Positions 1 through 16,115 of a DNA stretch of 64,000 nt are shown here, in pieces. The notes under the pieces were generated by a model. That model was not told the DNA's origin and searched no databases. It worked only from the letters and a program-made list of their open reading frames with translations. How positions within the stretch are numbered: the stretch's first letter is position 1; each line of letters starts with the position of its first letter. A program made the position numbers and the translations under genes. The stretch is taken from contig MU060666.1 of assembly GCA_013265495.1 (NCBI GenBank), positions 2,428,128 through 2,492,127 on the forward strand. Reading direction: 5' to 3'. The stretch is from Vicugna vicugna. Taxonomy: Eukaryota.

Positions 1-3000
1 AGCCTGAAGACACTCACTCGTGGGGCCGGGGTGGGGACCTGGGGGGTGTGGCCCTGCGCAGCCAGCAATCGGCGGGTCAGCCAAAGGAGAGAAGTGTCTG
101 CTGCCTCCCACCCGCTCCCAGAACGCGTCTTCCCGCGACATTTCCCAACGGCTACCAGCAGGACCAGCAGGACCCGCAGGTGCAGGGAATGAAGGGAACC
201 CCTGAGTGGAGCTTCTCTTTGGAGGGAAAGAAAGATGCCACTGCTCCATGCGGTCTTTTCTAAAACACCGAGCAGCCAGAACCAGCTGTAAGGGAGAGGA
301 GACACTGAGGTCCCGAGGCTCGCTCACTTTCATTTCAGTCCCGAGTGAAAAGGCAATCCAGACGCCCGCCCCGGGGGCGGCGGGACAGAGCTGCCCTCTC
401 CTGGGAGTGGTTAGCCCGCGGCAGGGCCTCCGGTCCCCCAGCAGCAGGGCGCTGACGTTCGGGCCCAGGCCTGCTTCTCAGGGCGGAGGCGGAGGCGCAG
501 ACGTCCTCTCGGGTGTGATGGAGACACAGTGAGGCTCGTCAAACCCAGAGAAAACGAACCGTTCTGAACTCTCTTCTCTGCTTGGCTGCCTTGTGCCCCC
601 AAGAACCTTTTCACCCCCTGGGGAGCAGCACCACGGGCACCCTCCCCAGGACCTGGTCTGAAGGCAGCTCATCCCTGCAGCAGCAAAACTGAGCCGCGTG
701 GCCTGAGCCTGGGCTGGCAAACTCACTGCAGAGACAAGCCCCAAGCAGGCCTGCGATGCCTGGGAGGAGAGAGGGTAGAGAGACCCCTCACAGAGCCCAA
801 CTACTTTCCCTCAACACGGCCAGTGAGACGCTCCAGATGTTCAACTTCAGGTCACAGCAAATGCTCGTGGCCACCAGAGGCCCATCTTCCGAGCGGCCGG
901 GCCTCACGGCACCAGCCCAGGTGTCGCCCAGGGGCCGCGTGATGCCCGAGGGACCCCTGCCGGCACCAGGTCCAGAGCCGCCCTCGGACGCCAGAGGCAG
1001 CAGCTCTGGTGGTAAAAGGCACTGCAGGGGCAGAGGCCCTGCAGGAACCCAGCAAGAACGGCAGCGGCACGGGAGCACGAACGGACCCGGGTCCTGAGCG
1101 TGTTTAAAACCCTAACGTGGGAAACCAGCCCTCGAGAAAGGAACTCACGAAATGAGGAGTTTGTAAGACACAGGAAAGCAATCTGAAGACGGTGACATAA
1201 ACTGGGTCAGGGACCACGGCTGTGGCTTTGCTCAGCCCTCACCTCAAAGGCCACTTGCCGACTCCGGGACCACCCTACCTTCACAGCAGCACACCTGAAT
1301 AACCTGATTCCCATTCAACAGCGCCGCTTGTCTGCGGAGGCGCCTCAAAGGCGGCCCTGAGCGGCTGCGGGGAAGCGTTTCCACCATCAGCCTCCCCGGG
1401 AGCCTCCGAGGCCCATCGCGGCTGCACTGGGGATCGGGGACCTGGCACTGGGGACGGAGCCTCGGGTTAGCGACTCTGGCCCTTTTTCCTTGCAGAGTCT
1501 CACAACCACTTCTGGTCACTTATTCCAGAACAAGCAGCCCACTGTCAACGCAGCAGTGAAGCGAGAGGCAGCGAAGTGCACCTTTCCTGGGGGCGGGACC
1601 CTCCCTCCCAGAGCTGAAGGGGCAGAGGTCGCGCCCTGGCCATACCTTGAGACGGTGCAGTCCCTCACCCTAGACGAAGTCGCTACAGGGCTGGGTAGAA
1701 TTTGAGGCTTTTGGAGAAAAACAGATCATTCACCTGCATCAGCTACACTGACAGCTCTGCCACGCCCCACGTTCAGCTAAGTTTTCATTCTTTTTTTTCA
1801 AATGAGGTCTGTTGTCTCCATAAAAAACTGACCAAAGGAAAAAAAGCCCAAAAAAACCTTCTCCTCTGTCTGAACTCAGAATTGCCAAGGATTTCTATCC
1901 ACAGAGAGAGACCTCGCAACACACTGGTGGAGGTGGGTGGACAGCTCCCTCCGGACGTTCCACGCAGATCTCTGATCAGAGGGAATGAGAGCGTGAGCTG
2001 AACGCCGCTTGTGACCCACACAAGTCTTTGGCCAGGACCAGTGAGGTAAGCAGAGGGGCCGGAGCCTGGGCGCAGCTCCGCCAAACCCTTTCCCTCCCGG
2101 CTCAAAAGTCAGACATTCACTTTCCCTGTTTCCATTCGGCTTGGTTCTTAAGTTGAGGAAAAAACTCCCCCATACAGCAGACCCCAAACATGAACCAGCC
2201 AGACCCCAGGAGGAAAAGTGAGGGCCCCCACCCCTCTGCACGGTGGACCTGCTGTCGGAGCACACCCGCCCCCAAGTGGGCGCGCCTGGGACAACTGCCG
2301 GCGACCCGGGCCATTCCAGCACGACTAACTTTGCCAGCCTCTACAGATCCACAAAGAGGGGAAGCAGGGTGGACTATCTGAGCACCGATTACAGACCCTG
2401 CCCTCGACAGAGTCTGTGTGGCCTGGGAGCTTCGGAAAGAAAAAAGCAGATAGCAGACGATGGACCTTTAGCGTCCACCCCGCGTGCTCGCGAGCCGTGG
2501 GACACCGGTGGTGTCCGCTGTCGGCCCAGGAGGAAGTGGTGAGGCACAACCCTTCCCAAGTCTAACGCAGACCAGACGGTCTGGAGGGGAACGCCCAGCT
2601 GTTTGAAAGCAGTGATTTTTGTGGTTCCCTCCTATGCAGAGAGAGCATTTTGCTGTTTGGGTGCAGGCAGAGGCGATGGGCGGCCAGGCAGCAGGAGCAG
2701 CAGACACGTGGGCCCCGGTACCAGGCCGTGAGGAAGCCGCTGTGACAACGGCCCCAGGGCCCCGCCCAGGCAGAGCTGCCGTCGCCTGGCCGATCTCTCA
2801 GCACAGATGCCAGCCCCTGGTGACCCAAGGCTGCAGTGACACCAGCTCTGGGCCTGATTTCCCAGCCTCAGCTGGGTGGGCCCACTGGCCACAACCCATG
2901 CAGGTGGGGTCGCGGCTGCCAGGCCCAGAGGGCAGGCTTCTCTGGGGACTCCAGCCTGCACTCCTGCTTCTGTGGACAGGTGGGGGGACTATCCCTGGTC

Positions 3001-5581
3001 AGCTCTGAGATCTTTCTGGCGGCAATGTGCATCTTCTTGGGGAGCTGGCCACTCGTGGGCGTCCTGGCTGCCAGTCCCAGGCCAAGTGCTAGCAAGAGCC
3101 AGGCGGGCCATCTGGTCAGATGACCAGAAGCCCACCTAGAAGCTTATCCTGAATCTAGAATGAACCCCAAGGCCCCAAGGCCTGGCCCTCCTCTCCCTGC
3201 CCCCAACCGAGTCTGAGCTGACCCCACAGGGTCCCTCCTTCTCCACAGAAGCTCAGAAGGCACAAGCTCCCCGCCTGGTGGAATGTCACCAGCAGACACC
3301 CTGTCCTCTCTCACTCCAGCTCCAGCTCCCTCCCCTCCACTCCCACAATCCACACTGGGGTCATCACTGACAACGGGCAGAAACCAAACCATCTCAGAAG
3401 TCAGAGCCAGGCTGACCAGACCAGGTGTTCTGTGGCCAGCCGGCCTGGGTGTCTGTTCTCCGTGGACGGTGCCAGCTCCCCCAAGGAGGCAAGTCTGTGG
3501 CGTTGAGGATGGTCCATGAGCAACAGCCCCCTGGGGGAACCTGCGTGGGTCCAAGACTGAGCGACGGTGAAGGGGAAAGAAGCAACAGGTAACCCCAGAG
3601 CCCTCGCTGCAAACCCGCAGAGGCGAGGCCCTTGCTGGGCGTCAGTGCGCACCGTGGCACTGCCTCGGTCCAGCTCTCTCACTCTCACCCACACACACAG
3701 CAGACAAGACAGAAGACAAAGTTTACAAAAAACAACAGGAAACGTCCAAGTGGAATGAGCATGCTCTCCCCACCAGGGTGGGCGCGGCGGCCAGCGAAGT
3801 CCCCTTCCCTGTCTCTGCAACCTCACCAGATGTCACAGAAGACCTATTTCCCAGGTGAAGTTCAGTGCCACGGAAATGACTGGTCTGGGGCTCAGCAGAC
3901 ACCAGAGCACGCACTTCCTACCCAGCCCAGGAGGACGCTCCTTACCCGTCCCTGGTGGGGGTGCGTGGGGACAACCATGACAGCAAGGCGGAGCTCCTCA
4001 CACCCGCCCCTGCTGCAGCGTCCCCACCCCGAGAGCCGTGTGCCCACCCCCAGGGGACTCAGGGCAGCCCTGGTGCTCTGGGCGGTGCTGCCGTTGGAGC
4101 ACAGGGACGCGCAGCAGCTCTGTGGGCAGGAGACCAACGCTGAGGACAGGCTGCTAGTAAGGAGAGGAGCCGCTTCCACGGGGCCTCTGCAGCTCTGGGT
4201 GGAAGAACTGACACTGGGTGCCGAGCCAAGTCATCTTTCACAGGGACGTACTTAAACGCTTCCTGAGAATGTTCTCTGAGAGGAGCTGAAGGACTGCACC
4301 CGACCACAGATGGGGCCATCCACTGGGCAGTGCAGGCTCCTCTCCTGCTCTGGTCACGTTTCCAAGGGGCATGAGGTGTCTGAGCAGGACCCCTGGCTCT
4401 CGCAGGGCAGGTAGGACCCACCGAGTGGGTGGAGCTGCTGACCGAGCCCAGAGCCTGCGGTGCTGTGGGCAGGAGAGATGGTTCCAGCCTGAGCCGGCAG
4501 AGGTGTGCACTGGAACCTGGTGACACGAACCTTGTGTGTGGCTGTGGGTCCCATCGGTCCGCCAGCAGGAAAGGGGCTTGCCCTTCTGTTTTGGGAGCGA
4601 CATGGCTGTGATCGACTCCCTGTTGAGTCGGTGACCTACTTCCTCCTGGAGCACCTGCTGCCCCGTGGTCAAGGTTTGGCCCCGATGTGGCCAGATGCCG
4701 CAGCCTGCCAGCTCCAGGCTGACCTTTCATCCAACAGCTTTCCGCCTCAAACGCCAATCCAGGAGGCCGTCGATCTTTCTTGAAGTTAACAGACAGAGCG
4801 GCAGACTTCCTCTTTGTGGAGACCAGTGCCAGCAAGAACCCAGACCTACAGGTGTTAAACTACCTGCAGAAGAAAACCTCAGAAACGGATGATCCCGTCT
4901 GTGTCTGTCTCCGATGTATGATCCAGCCTGAATTCCACATTTCCACAAAAGAAAAGCACGTGGGGTCCAAAGCCAAACCAGACCCTCCCCTCTGCCCGGG
5001 TAATGCCAAAACTTTCTGCGTCACTTGTAGGAAGAAGAAACCACAGAACAGTCAGATCTGGAGTTCTGCCCTCCTCGGCCTGTTCCCGATCCCTCACGTT
5101 TAAACAGGGCTGGATCCCAGGCCTGTCCGTTCCCTTGGGGGCCTCTGTCTGGCCCAGGCCGCGTGTCCGTCCCATCCTCGGGGCGGAGGCCGCTCCTGCA
5201 GGGCGGGCGGCCGGGGCGCCGAGATGCATTCCTGGGACGCTGGGCTACGCCCCTCTCCCCACGCCCTGGATAGAAGGCCTGGGGAGAAAGGTGGTGCTGA
5301 GGGAGGGAAATGAAAACAAAGAATTCCCAGAATCATACAATCAGCGGTCTGAACGTGTTTATGTGTTTTTGTTTTAACCAGAGCAGGGGCAGGAGACAAG
5401 ACGCTGAGGAGGACGAGGGGTCTGGGTGCAGGTGGGCGGAGGCAGACTGTCCGTTTGGCACCGAGCTGCGGTCCGCAGGGGGCTTTCTCATCATGGTCCA
5501 AGCGAGGTGATGCCAGCCGCCTCGGTCCAGCCCCAGAACTCCTCTTGGCGCGTGTCCTACTCCACCTCCACGCCAGTGACG
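1..5581 (-). other. FOXK1: FOXK1 3' UTR (long; probably continues beyond the window start)
   Basis: Lies directly downstream of the stop codon. No sense-strand AATAAA or ATTAAA (plus-strand TTTATT/TTTAAT) found by eye in 1-5581. FOXK1 is known to have a multi-kb 3' UTR. Confidence 0.75.
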
Positions 5582-5950
<369 letters not shown>

Positions 5951-6403
5951 TTAGAAAGCGGCACGGAGCCGGCTCCCCGCACACCTGGCACCTCTAGTTA
6001 CTGCCGGCCGGCCACGCCTTGGTGCCAGCCCCTCCCCGACCCCAGCCCTGCCGCCCAACCTCCCTAGTGTCCTCGGCGTTCTCCTCTTGCCACTGCTGCT
6101 GTGTGTGGGTCCCTCTGGACACCCCAGTGGCTCCTGCCCTCGCCTCTGGCAAGTCCTGCCCTGCACCACAGACAGATAACTGGAGCTCACCCACCCTACT
6201 CCCCACTTCAACAGCTCACGCTTTAGTAACTTTAATAAATTCACTCCACCCCCGAGCCCTCATCCTGTCTGTGGGGCGTGAGCTCTGTGACCCGGGGAGT
6301 CTGCTCATTGCTGCAGGGCTACCTCGGCAGCATCCCAGGGCCTGGCACGCAGTGGGTGCTCAGCGCACTGACCAGATGACTGGAGTGACTGCAAGGATGT
6401 TCA

Positions 6404-6805
<402 letters not shown>

Positions 6806-7273
6806 TCAAAAGAAATCCTCCCCTGAGGAGATATGTTGTGGAACAAGAGAAAAACAATGAATAGAGTTTCAGAACCAAGGTAAAACCTTGAACTTTGACT
6901 GACCCCAATGTAATCTGAGAAATAAAGTGTACAATTTCGGAGGAAAAGATCTGCATTTGCAGCCACAACCAAGTCTTCTTTGACCACAAGGCACGAGTCA
7001 TCAGGACAACGTTAAAGACGACGTCACCGCTGAGATGGGCCGGCCGCGGTCAGGAAGACGCCGCTCATTTCAGAAGCGCTCCCTCGAGGGCCGGGGACAG
7101 TCCTGCTGTGGTTTCAGTGTTTATGCCATGAATTCCCTGGGATCTGGGCTTCTAATTCAGGAATTTCTAACTGTATTTTTCACTCTGAGTGACTTTTAAG
7201 GGCCCCTTGCAGGGGCTGTAGAGGAGGCCCCCTGTGGACCGTCTGAGGCAGGCCCACACCTAGCTCAGGGTCA

Positions 7274-8316
<1,043 letters not shown>

Positions 8317-9513
8317 TTAAAAACAGTGGTTTGGGGTGGAGGGACGGGTACCAACCTGCCCCGGACAAATCGACACCCTTGAGAGGAAAGCGTGCCCTGG
8401 GAGCTCAGCTCTTTGTCCCGCACGGATGACACAGCGCCCTGCCCGGCCCCACCCCGCGCCTGCCAGCCTGGCGGTGTTCTGAGGGGCCTTCAAGCAACGT
8501 GACACGCCACGAGGCAGCGTGACTGGGAGGGGCAGGGAGCAGGGGTGTCCGACGGAGTGGGGAGGCTGCGCTCAGCACCGACAGTCAGTGCTGGAAACGG
8601 CCACGTGCGGAGGACGCCGCCGAGTCCCCAGGCAGAGACCTGACGCCTCCCCTCCCCACCCCTCCCGGGCCTGAGTGTGGCCCCCTCGTCTCCCACCCCC
8701 TCGGCTCGCTGTCTGCCCTCCACTCAGGCCTAGAGGCCCTGCCTGCTGACTCTGGTGCTCAAACCGGTGGTGAGCGGGCCCCTCTCCAGGCCTTGTGTCC
8801 ACGAGCACCTAATTCTCCCCGCAAGGGTTCAAACTCCTGTCAGGTCCTCTCTCATCTGGCTTTACTCTGCAAAACTAGTCCCGTTTCCGAAACACCTCAG
8901 CCCTCAGCACACCCCCTGCCACCTCTGGGAGCCAGGACGGCCCCCTCCTGTCCCTAAGACAGTGCACACCACCATTTTCACTGCACTCTCCTCCTGGCCG
9001 AGGGCTTACTTCCTGACCCCCCCATGCATACTCTGTGTGGCACAAGACCAGGTCCGGCCACCACTGTGACCCTGAGGATGGGCCCCTTTCGCCTGCGGAC
9101 ACTTCTTACGGGGGTCTCCTGGGCGGCGCTGGCCGCGCAGCAAGCCCAGTCACGGCCCCACTGGCCGGCGGGCTTGTCTGCCAGGGAAAGGCAGCAGTGG
9201 CTGCTGTCTGCGTTGAACTGTGTCCCCCAGAGACACAGGCTGGGGTCCAAGCCTCCAGGGCTGACCCGGAGCAGCTGAGTCACGAGGAAGTACGAGGGCC
9301 CCGTCCATGTCCACTCCTCTCTGTCCCACCCCGTACCCCTGCCACTCCTGTCTCCGCGTCCGAGAGCTAACGTGGAGGGGCAGCCAGCAGCCCCCCGCTC
9401 ACGTCCTTGTCACAGAGCTCACTGGTCCTGAGCCAGGGTCTCAGGCAAAGGTGACGGGATTTAAGTGCAAAGATGCTATGGATGTGGCCGCGGGGCAGGG
9501 CGAAGCGGGGCTA

Positions 9514-9729
<216 letters not shown>

Positions 9730-10178
9730 TCACAGTCACCGCGAGTCAAAGCTGGAGCCCCGTTCGCCTGATCCGAGCGTGGCAGCCAGGGGACCGCAGG
9801 AGGTGCAGGCCCGGTGTCCCTGCCCGAGGGGCCCTCACTCAGGGCATAGGGAGGTGCAGTGGGTGTTCCTACGGTGATTCAGCAGAGGATCACGACCACC
9901 CCTGACAGGAAAAGCGAAATGGAAAGACAAGCCCTGGTCCAGGAGGTGCCTGGCTCAGAACTGGTACTGAACCCGCCACTGACGGGAAAGAGTAACTCAG
10001 AGGAAACAGGTGTGACGTGTCCATGTGGCGTGTGCGTTATGTCCAATGCTGGCAAGGGTCTCACGAACTTAAAGAAACCATCTATAAACAGCAAGGGCAG
10101 TGTGTTTCCAAATTAGCGCAGGGGTGCCACGTGCAGTGGGCGTGGACCCCAAGGGAGGGGAGAGGATGGGGGCTCTCA

Positions 10179-10418
<240 letters not shown>

Positions 10419-10778
10419 TTAGCGCGGGAAGAAATGCTGGCAATCCAGTCCACCCACACACTTCCTTGTGGAGGAGACCCTCCCAGCGAGGACACAGACT
10501 CGCAGCGTGTCTACGTAAATCGATCGCCAAGACCTCTGCCTGTTTAGCCTATGTGCTTCAAACCAGGAAGAGCTGTTTCTGAGGTTTTCATTGTGATTTA
10601 ATTCTGAAATTTCTCATTTCCTCTATAAATCGATTTAAAAACTTATCAGAAGGGAATGAGTTAAGACAAAGCTGTAAGGAGAGAGCCTGCCATTCTTCTC
10701 AAGAGGCGGGACGGGACAGGATGGGGGCCGGGGGGACATGGGGAAGGAGGGCAGAGACGCAGCACCCGCGCCCAGTCA

Positions 10779-11300
<522 letters not shown>

Positions 11301-14300
11301 TCACCGCTGCAACCCGCCAGCTCATCTCTGGTTGGAAATTGCATCCAAATCCGTGGGCGGGAAATATCGGGGCTTCATCTCTGGGTCTCAGCTTGTGCCG
11401 CCCAACCAGCCAGTCTGTCCCTGCTGCCCTGCTGCTGGCATTGCGGGGGCCACCCCGCCCAGGGCACCAGTGACAGGTGGGGCCCAGTCCCTGTCACTAA
11501 CAGGGTGGGCGTTAACCATGTCAAAATTTTCATTTTGAACATTGAAAATATTCAGAGAAAACCAACAAAAGCTCTGAAAGTGGGTCACAAACCCAGATAA
11601 AAGTGTCCCTGGAAGCTGACCAGAGCCCAGGGCGCCCACCTGCGCCCCCCTCCCTGCCTTCAGGAGAGGCCTCGAGGCCGGCCCCCAAGCAACGCCAGGA
11701 AGTCACCGGTCCTTCCCCGACACTCTCGGGCACTCCCACCCACACTGTGCGAGTGACAGGATGCCCCCCAAATCCCCACAGTCAGGCTCAAACAAAACCC
11801 CTTTGTGCCACCTTCCTGGACACACGCAGAGCCTCCTCTAGGGTCCTCACGCTCCTCCCCCGGGCGGGGGGCAGCCGGTGGCGGTGGCGTGGAGGAGGGC
11901 TCAGCAGAGTTACTGAGTGGAGGAAAGGACGAATGGAAACGAAAGGCTGTGACCAAGGAGCGCCTGACGGCTGATATTAATGAATTCCCCCCGAGTCATC
12001 ACCCCTTTTCAGTCAGGAATCCTTGCAATCACACAGGAATTTTAAGGAATCATTTATTTGAGAATTTTTGTTCTCTTCTCTACGAGATTCCCTAAATAGA
12101 GTAGAGGGAGGTAAGTTCTGTGAGTATGGAATTGCAATCAGCCACAAACGAGCCCTTAGAGGTGGGAAGCAACAATGAAAACGGCTCTTTCTGGGTTTCA
12201 CTCCGGACCAGACACGCAAAGCCCGAGCTGACAAAGCACGGCGGGGGGGGCACCCTACGAGTACCAGGCTCACACGCCCCCCACTGGGCGTCCCAGGCGC
12301 CTCCGCCTGGGAACCAACGCCAGGCACAGGGAGGTGCACGACGCGCAGCCCGGCTGGGGGCCGCTGGGGACTTTTCCTGACGGTTATCTGTGCTGCGTCT
12401 GCCAACCACATGGCGCTGCAGGACCTGAGGGCACAGGAGCGCTGTTCACCTGCTCCAGGGTCCGTGCCCCTTCTGGACTTGAACACCAGCGGACTGAAAC
12501 ACGACACTCTGACCACGAGAACCATCCCCCAGAAACGCACAGCCTCCAGGAGACGGGCCAGGAGAAGTCCAGCCTGGAGACAGGGAGCGCCAGGGCTCAG
12601 CCAGGAAACCCTGCCGGCAGCTGGCCTGTGACTGACGGGGCGCCCTCACCGGTGCAGAGACGACAGAGGGCGCCCTCTGGGCTTGAGCACGGGGGTCTGC
12701 TGCCCGTCCCAAGTCCGTATTTTGTAAAAAGATCAGAGAAAACTTACGTCTAATCCTCACAAAGCAAAGCAGAGAAAAGGCCGTCACTCCCCAGAGCGAT
12801 TTCCAGTGGAAATAAGAAACGGCCACAACAGGAGAAGGGGCCGGGTGGCCTCCCCACCATTTTGCCCGGTGGAGGGAGGACTGTGCCAACAGACCCTTCT
12901 GGGGAAGCTTCCGCGGGGACAGGGGCGGCTGATGTCCAAAGGGCCCAGCAGGCCCGTCCCGGAACGTGCATCCACGCACACAGCCGCCCCAGCCTCAGCA
13001 GACCCCATTCAGCTGTCCCCGTGGGCTGAGCTCGGCCCGGGGGGCTGCGCCTGGTACCCAGCCGCGCTGGTCACACGTCGCAGGGGAAGCAGCAAGCAGG
13101 GCGTCTCAGGGCTGAAAATGCTCGATTCCGAGATGGGCCCGGGGAGCAGGGGCCGGGGACACTGGGCTCTGAAGCAAGGCTCCTGCCCTGGGGAGACTGG
13201 CCCGGGCACCATCCCGAGGGAGTGTCCCACTCCACTGCAAACTCCCCAACTATGTGCAAGACAGGAAACGCTGGGGCCCTCCTGGGACGCCCAAGAGATG
13301 CGTCCCCCACGTGTCCCTTTGGGGGGCCCCCACACGCCTGGGGTCGGGGAGTCTGACTTGGGGACGGGGAAGCAGCAGAGGCCAAGCAGCCTGGAGCCAG
13401 CAGATGTCATGTGACGCACACCACTCTTCCTGCCCTAAGGCTGGAAGTGGGAAAGATGGGGAGCGTGCACTCCAGGCCGGTAGTCACTGATCCCCCCAAC
13501 GGAAAAACAATTCCCAAGTCACATTTTCACCCGGGCGAGGACGACAGAGGCTTAGGAGTGGGGACGGCTCATGGCTGGCTGGTCCTGCCAGCAGCTGCCC
13601 TGGATCTGGGCCACCGTCTCGCCAGGACAAACCTGGGGATGGAACGTGATTCCTGTGACCGTCCAGGACAGAGCTGGCAGTTTCCAGCCCTGTGGAGACC
13701 ACTTCCAGGCCCCACCGTGGGGCCACGAGCGGCAGCAGAGAAGAGCAGATCTGACCAAAGGCCCAGTGCCATGTCCCCGGAGCCACGGAGGGCCTTCTCC
13801 TGGCCCGCCCCCAGCCCACCACGACACACCCTGCCCTCTGCGGCCACCCAGACACCCGGCTAGTCCGGCTCTGCCTGGGGCCGCGGGAAAGCTGGCGCCC
13901 GCCTCCTGGGAAGTGCGCCCTGCTGGTCCTGCACCAGAAACACCCTCTCTTACCGCTACTTGCTCTAGAAGCTGCTTTAGCCACTTAAAGAGAATCTGCT
14001 GCGGCGCCATGTGCTCCGAATCCATTCCAAGTTGTGTATATTTCTCTTCCGATAAAAAAAAAATCAGAACCAAAAAAAATGGAATGCAGATGGCTCTTAA
14101 GTCAAGGTGGGAACGTGGGACCAGCCAGGTGTAGGGGTAGCACTGCTGAGCCTGCGGGAGCTCAGGCCGCCCCCACCCCACCTCCTGCCTGCCTGGTCCT
14201 ACTCCTGGTCTCATCTGGGGACCCTCTGCTGGGGACCTGGGGGGAATGGGAGGCCATGGGAGCAGGTCAGGGGCAAGTCTGCACCCTACATGGCGGGGCC

Positions 14301-14899
14301 CCCCTGCAAAGGCCAATGGGGGGGCTTCTATGCTCCCAGGAGGGGTCACTCAGACCCTGAGCCCCTGGCCCACACCACCCCCGAGGGGATCCAGGAAGCT
14401 TTCCAGTACCTCAGTCTTTTTTCTAGGTTACTATTTTAACAAGATTATTAATTTTCAGTTGAAAAGGATCACTAGCTCCTCGACGGCTGCTGAGTGACAG
14501 ACTTTTCAGCCGGGAGGTCATGCTTCAGCGACCACCCAGGGCAGGCGACTCCAGCTTTCACTCAGCTCTCTGGAATTTCTTTCGAAAACTGGAATCTTTT
14601 CATTCTAGCAAATAAATGCTTCAATTAAAGTGTAGAGAATTTCTAATTCAAACATCGTTTTGGTGAACTCACAGACTTGTAGTTACTGAGGTACTACATC
14701 TGGGACGTCTGGCTGACGAGGGACACGTGTGGCAGAGGGGACACGGGCGACACAGGGTGGGGCACGGGGGACACAGAGGCTGGGGAGAAGGCAGAGGGGC
14801 AAACAAAACAGCACGATTACGTCCCCACAGGGACGAGGAGCCTGCATTCACGAGAGAGCAGGATACAGTTAGGAGGACCAGGAAATGCTCTTCACATTT

Positions 14900-15530
14900 T
14901 TAAAAAGAGGAGGAATAAAAGTTCAATGAAGGCTGGAAGGAGCGACCCGAGGAAATTTCCCAGGAAACAGGCAAGAGGAGACAGAGGAAGAAGCTGGGGG
15001 AGAGAGAAAGAGGGGGGAGGCGCAAATTTACAGAAACAATAACTTCCCAGAATTGCAGGGAGTGAGTCTTCAGAGTGAAAGGGTCCCAGCGAGCGCCCAG
15101 CCCCTCCCAGGCCATGGCTGAGACGGGGCAGGCGGGCAGGCGCTGCGTGCACTGCTGAGACCCGAGCCCTCCTGGGGACGCCCTCCCCGGGACATGCCGT
15201 GCACAAGGGGCAGGACTGAGGGAGCAGCAGGCTTCTCAGAAGCCACACTCGAAGCCAGAAAGCGCAATCAGTTCTGAGCAAAATGTTTCTGCCCTAGAAT
15301 TCTCTGCCCAGGTAAACCATCTATCTAGCATGAACGGAGAATAATGGTAGTTTTCAGCCGTGGAAGATTTTTTAAAAAAATTGACCTTTCCTGTCCCCAT
15401 TCCCAGGAAGGTGTTGTCCAGTAAAAGGAAGGAGCAGATCAGGAAAGGGAAGGACTGGGAGTCAGTAGAGAGGGGGCTCCCAGGCCGGTGTGGAAGACGA
15501 TCCCAGGGTCAGAGGGGCCCCACTCGGGTG
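14900..15530 (+). mobile_element. HAL1 / old L1ME ORF1-like relic
   Basis: Segments such as gaggaaatttcccagg, aacttcccagaattgcagggagtgagtcttcagagtgaaagggtccc, cttctcagaagccacactcgaagccagaa and ccctagaatttctctgcccaggtaaaccatc follow the recalled HAL1/L1ME ORF1 consensus in order. Confidence 0.6.
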
Positions 15531-16040
15531 CAGGCGGGAGGAGGCCGGGAAGGTCCTCCCAGCCAAGCATGTGAAGATGCAGAGGGGGTCCCAGGCACAA
15601 GGAGATCTAACCAAACGCAGGGGGGCTCCCGCGATAGCTCCTGGGAGAACAGGGAAAGGAGAGGCTGAGCCCAGTGACAGCCCCTCAGTGCTCTGAGGAA
15701 TCACGCCCAGCTGGATGTGACCTCGCTGGGGGATGGGTGGGGAGGGAAAGCCAGCTCCTTGAATCCCACAGGAGGTCAGTGATCTGAAGCTGAGAACCCT
15801 GACTGAGTGTGTGGCGTGCAGTGAGCAGGTCCCGGGCTGGGCGTGGCCGGGGCGACTGCACCACCACCGCCTGTGGGATCCTCTGTATTCTTATTCTTAG
15901 GTTAAGTGCATGTATTCCTTTGGTAAAAATAAGCCTTTAAAAACATGAATGAAATAAATCAGTCCTGCCTCTCCCCCCAAGGACACCGGCTAAACACAGG
16001 GCTCAGCCTTCCACACACTCCATGGAGAGAATGACCCTGC

Positions 16041-16115
16041 ATGAGCCTCAGTTACCTCGTCTGTAAAGTGGGGACATGACATGGTGACACTGGGTTGCTG
16101 CAGAGATTCAAGATG
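16041..16115 (+). mobile_element. MIR core fragment
   Basis: gagcctcagttacctcgtctgtaaagtgggga resembles MIR core cctcagtttcctcatctgtaaaatggggat. Confidence 0.6.

Noticed and set aside
12013-12116. Second possible antisense exon (ttttcag| ... GAG|GTAAGT)
   Set aside because: The donor is perfect but the acceptor tract is short with no clear branch point; such pseudo-exons are common.
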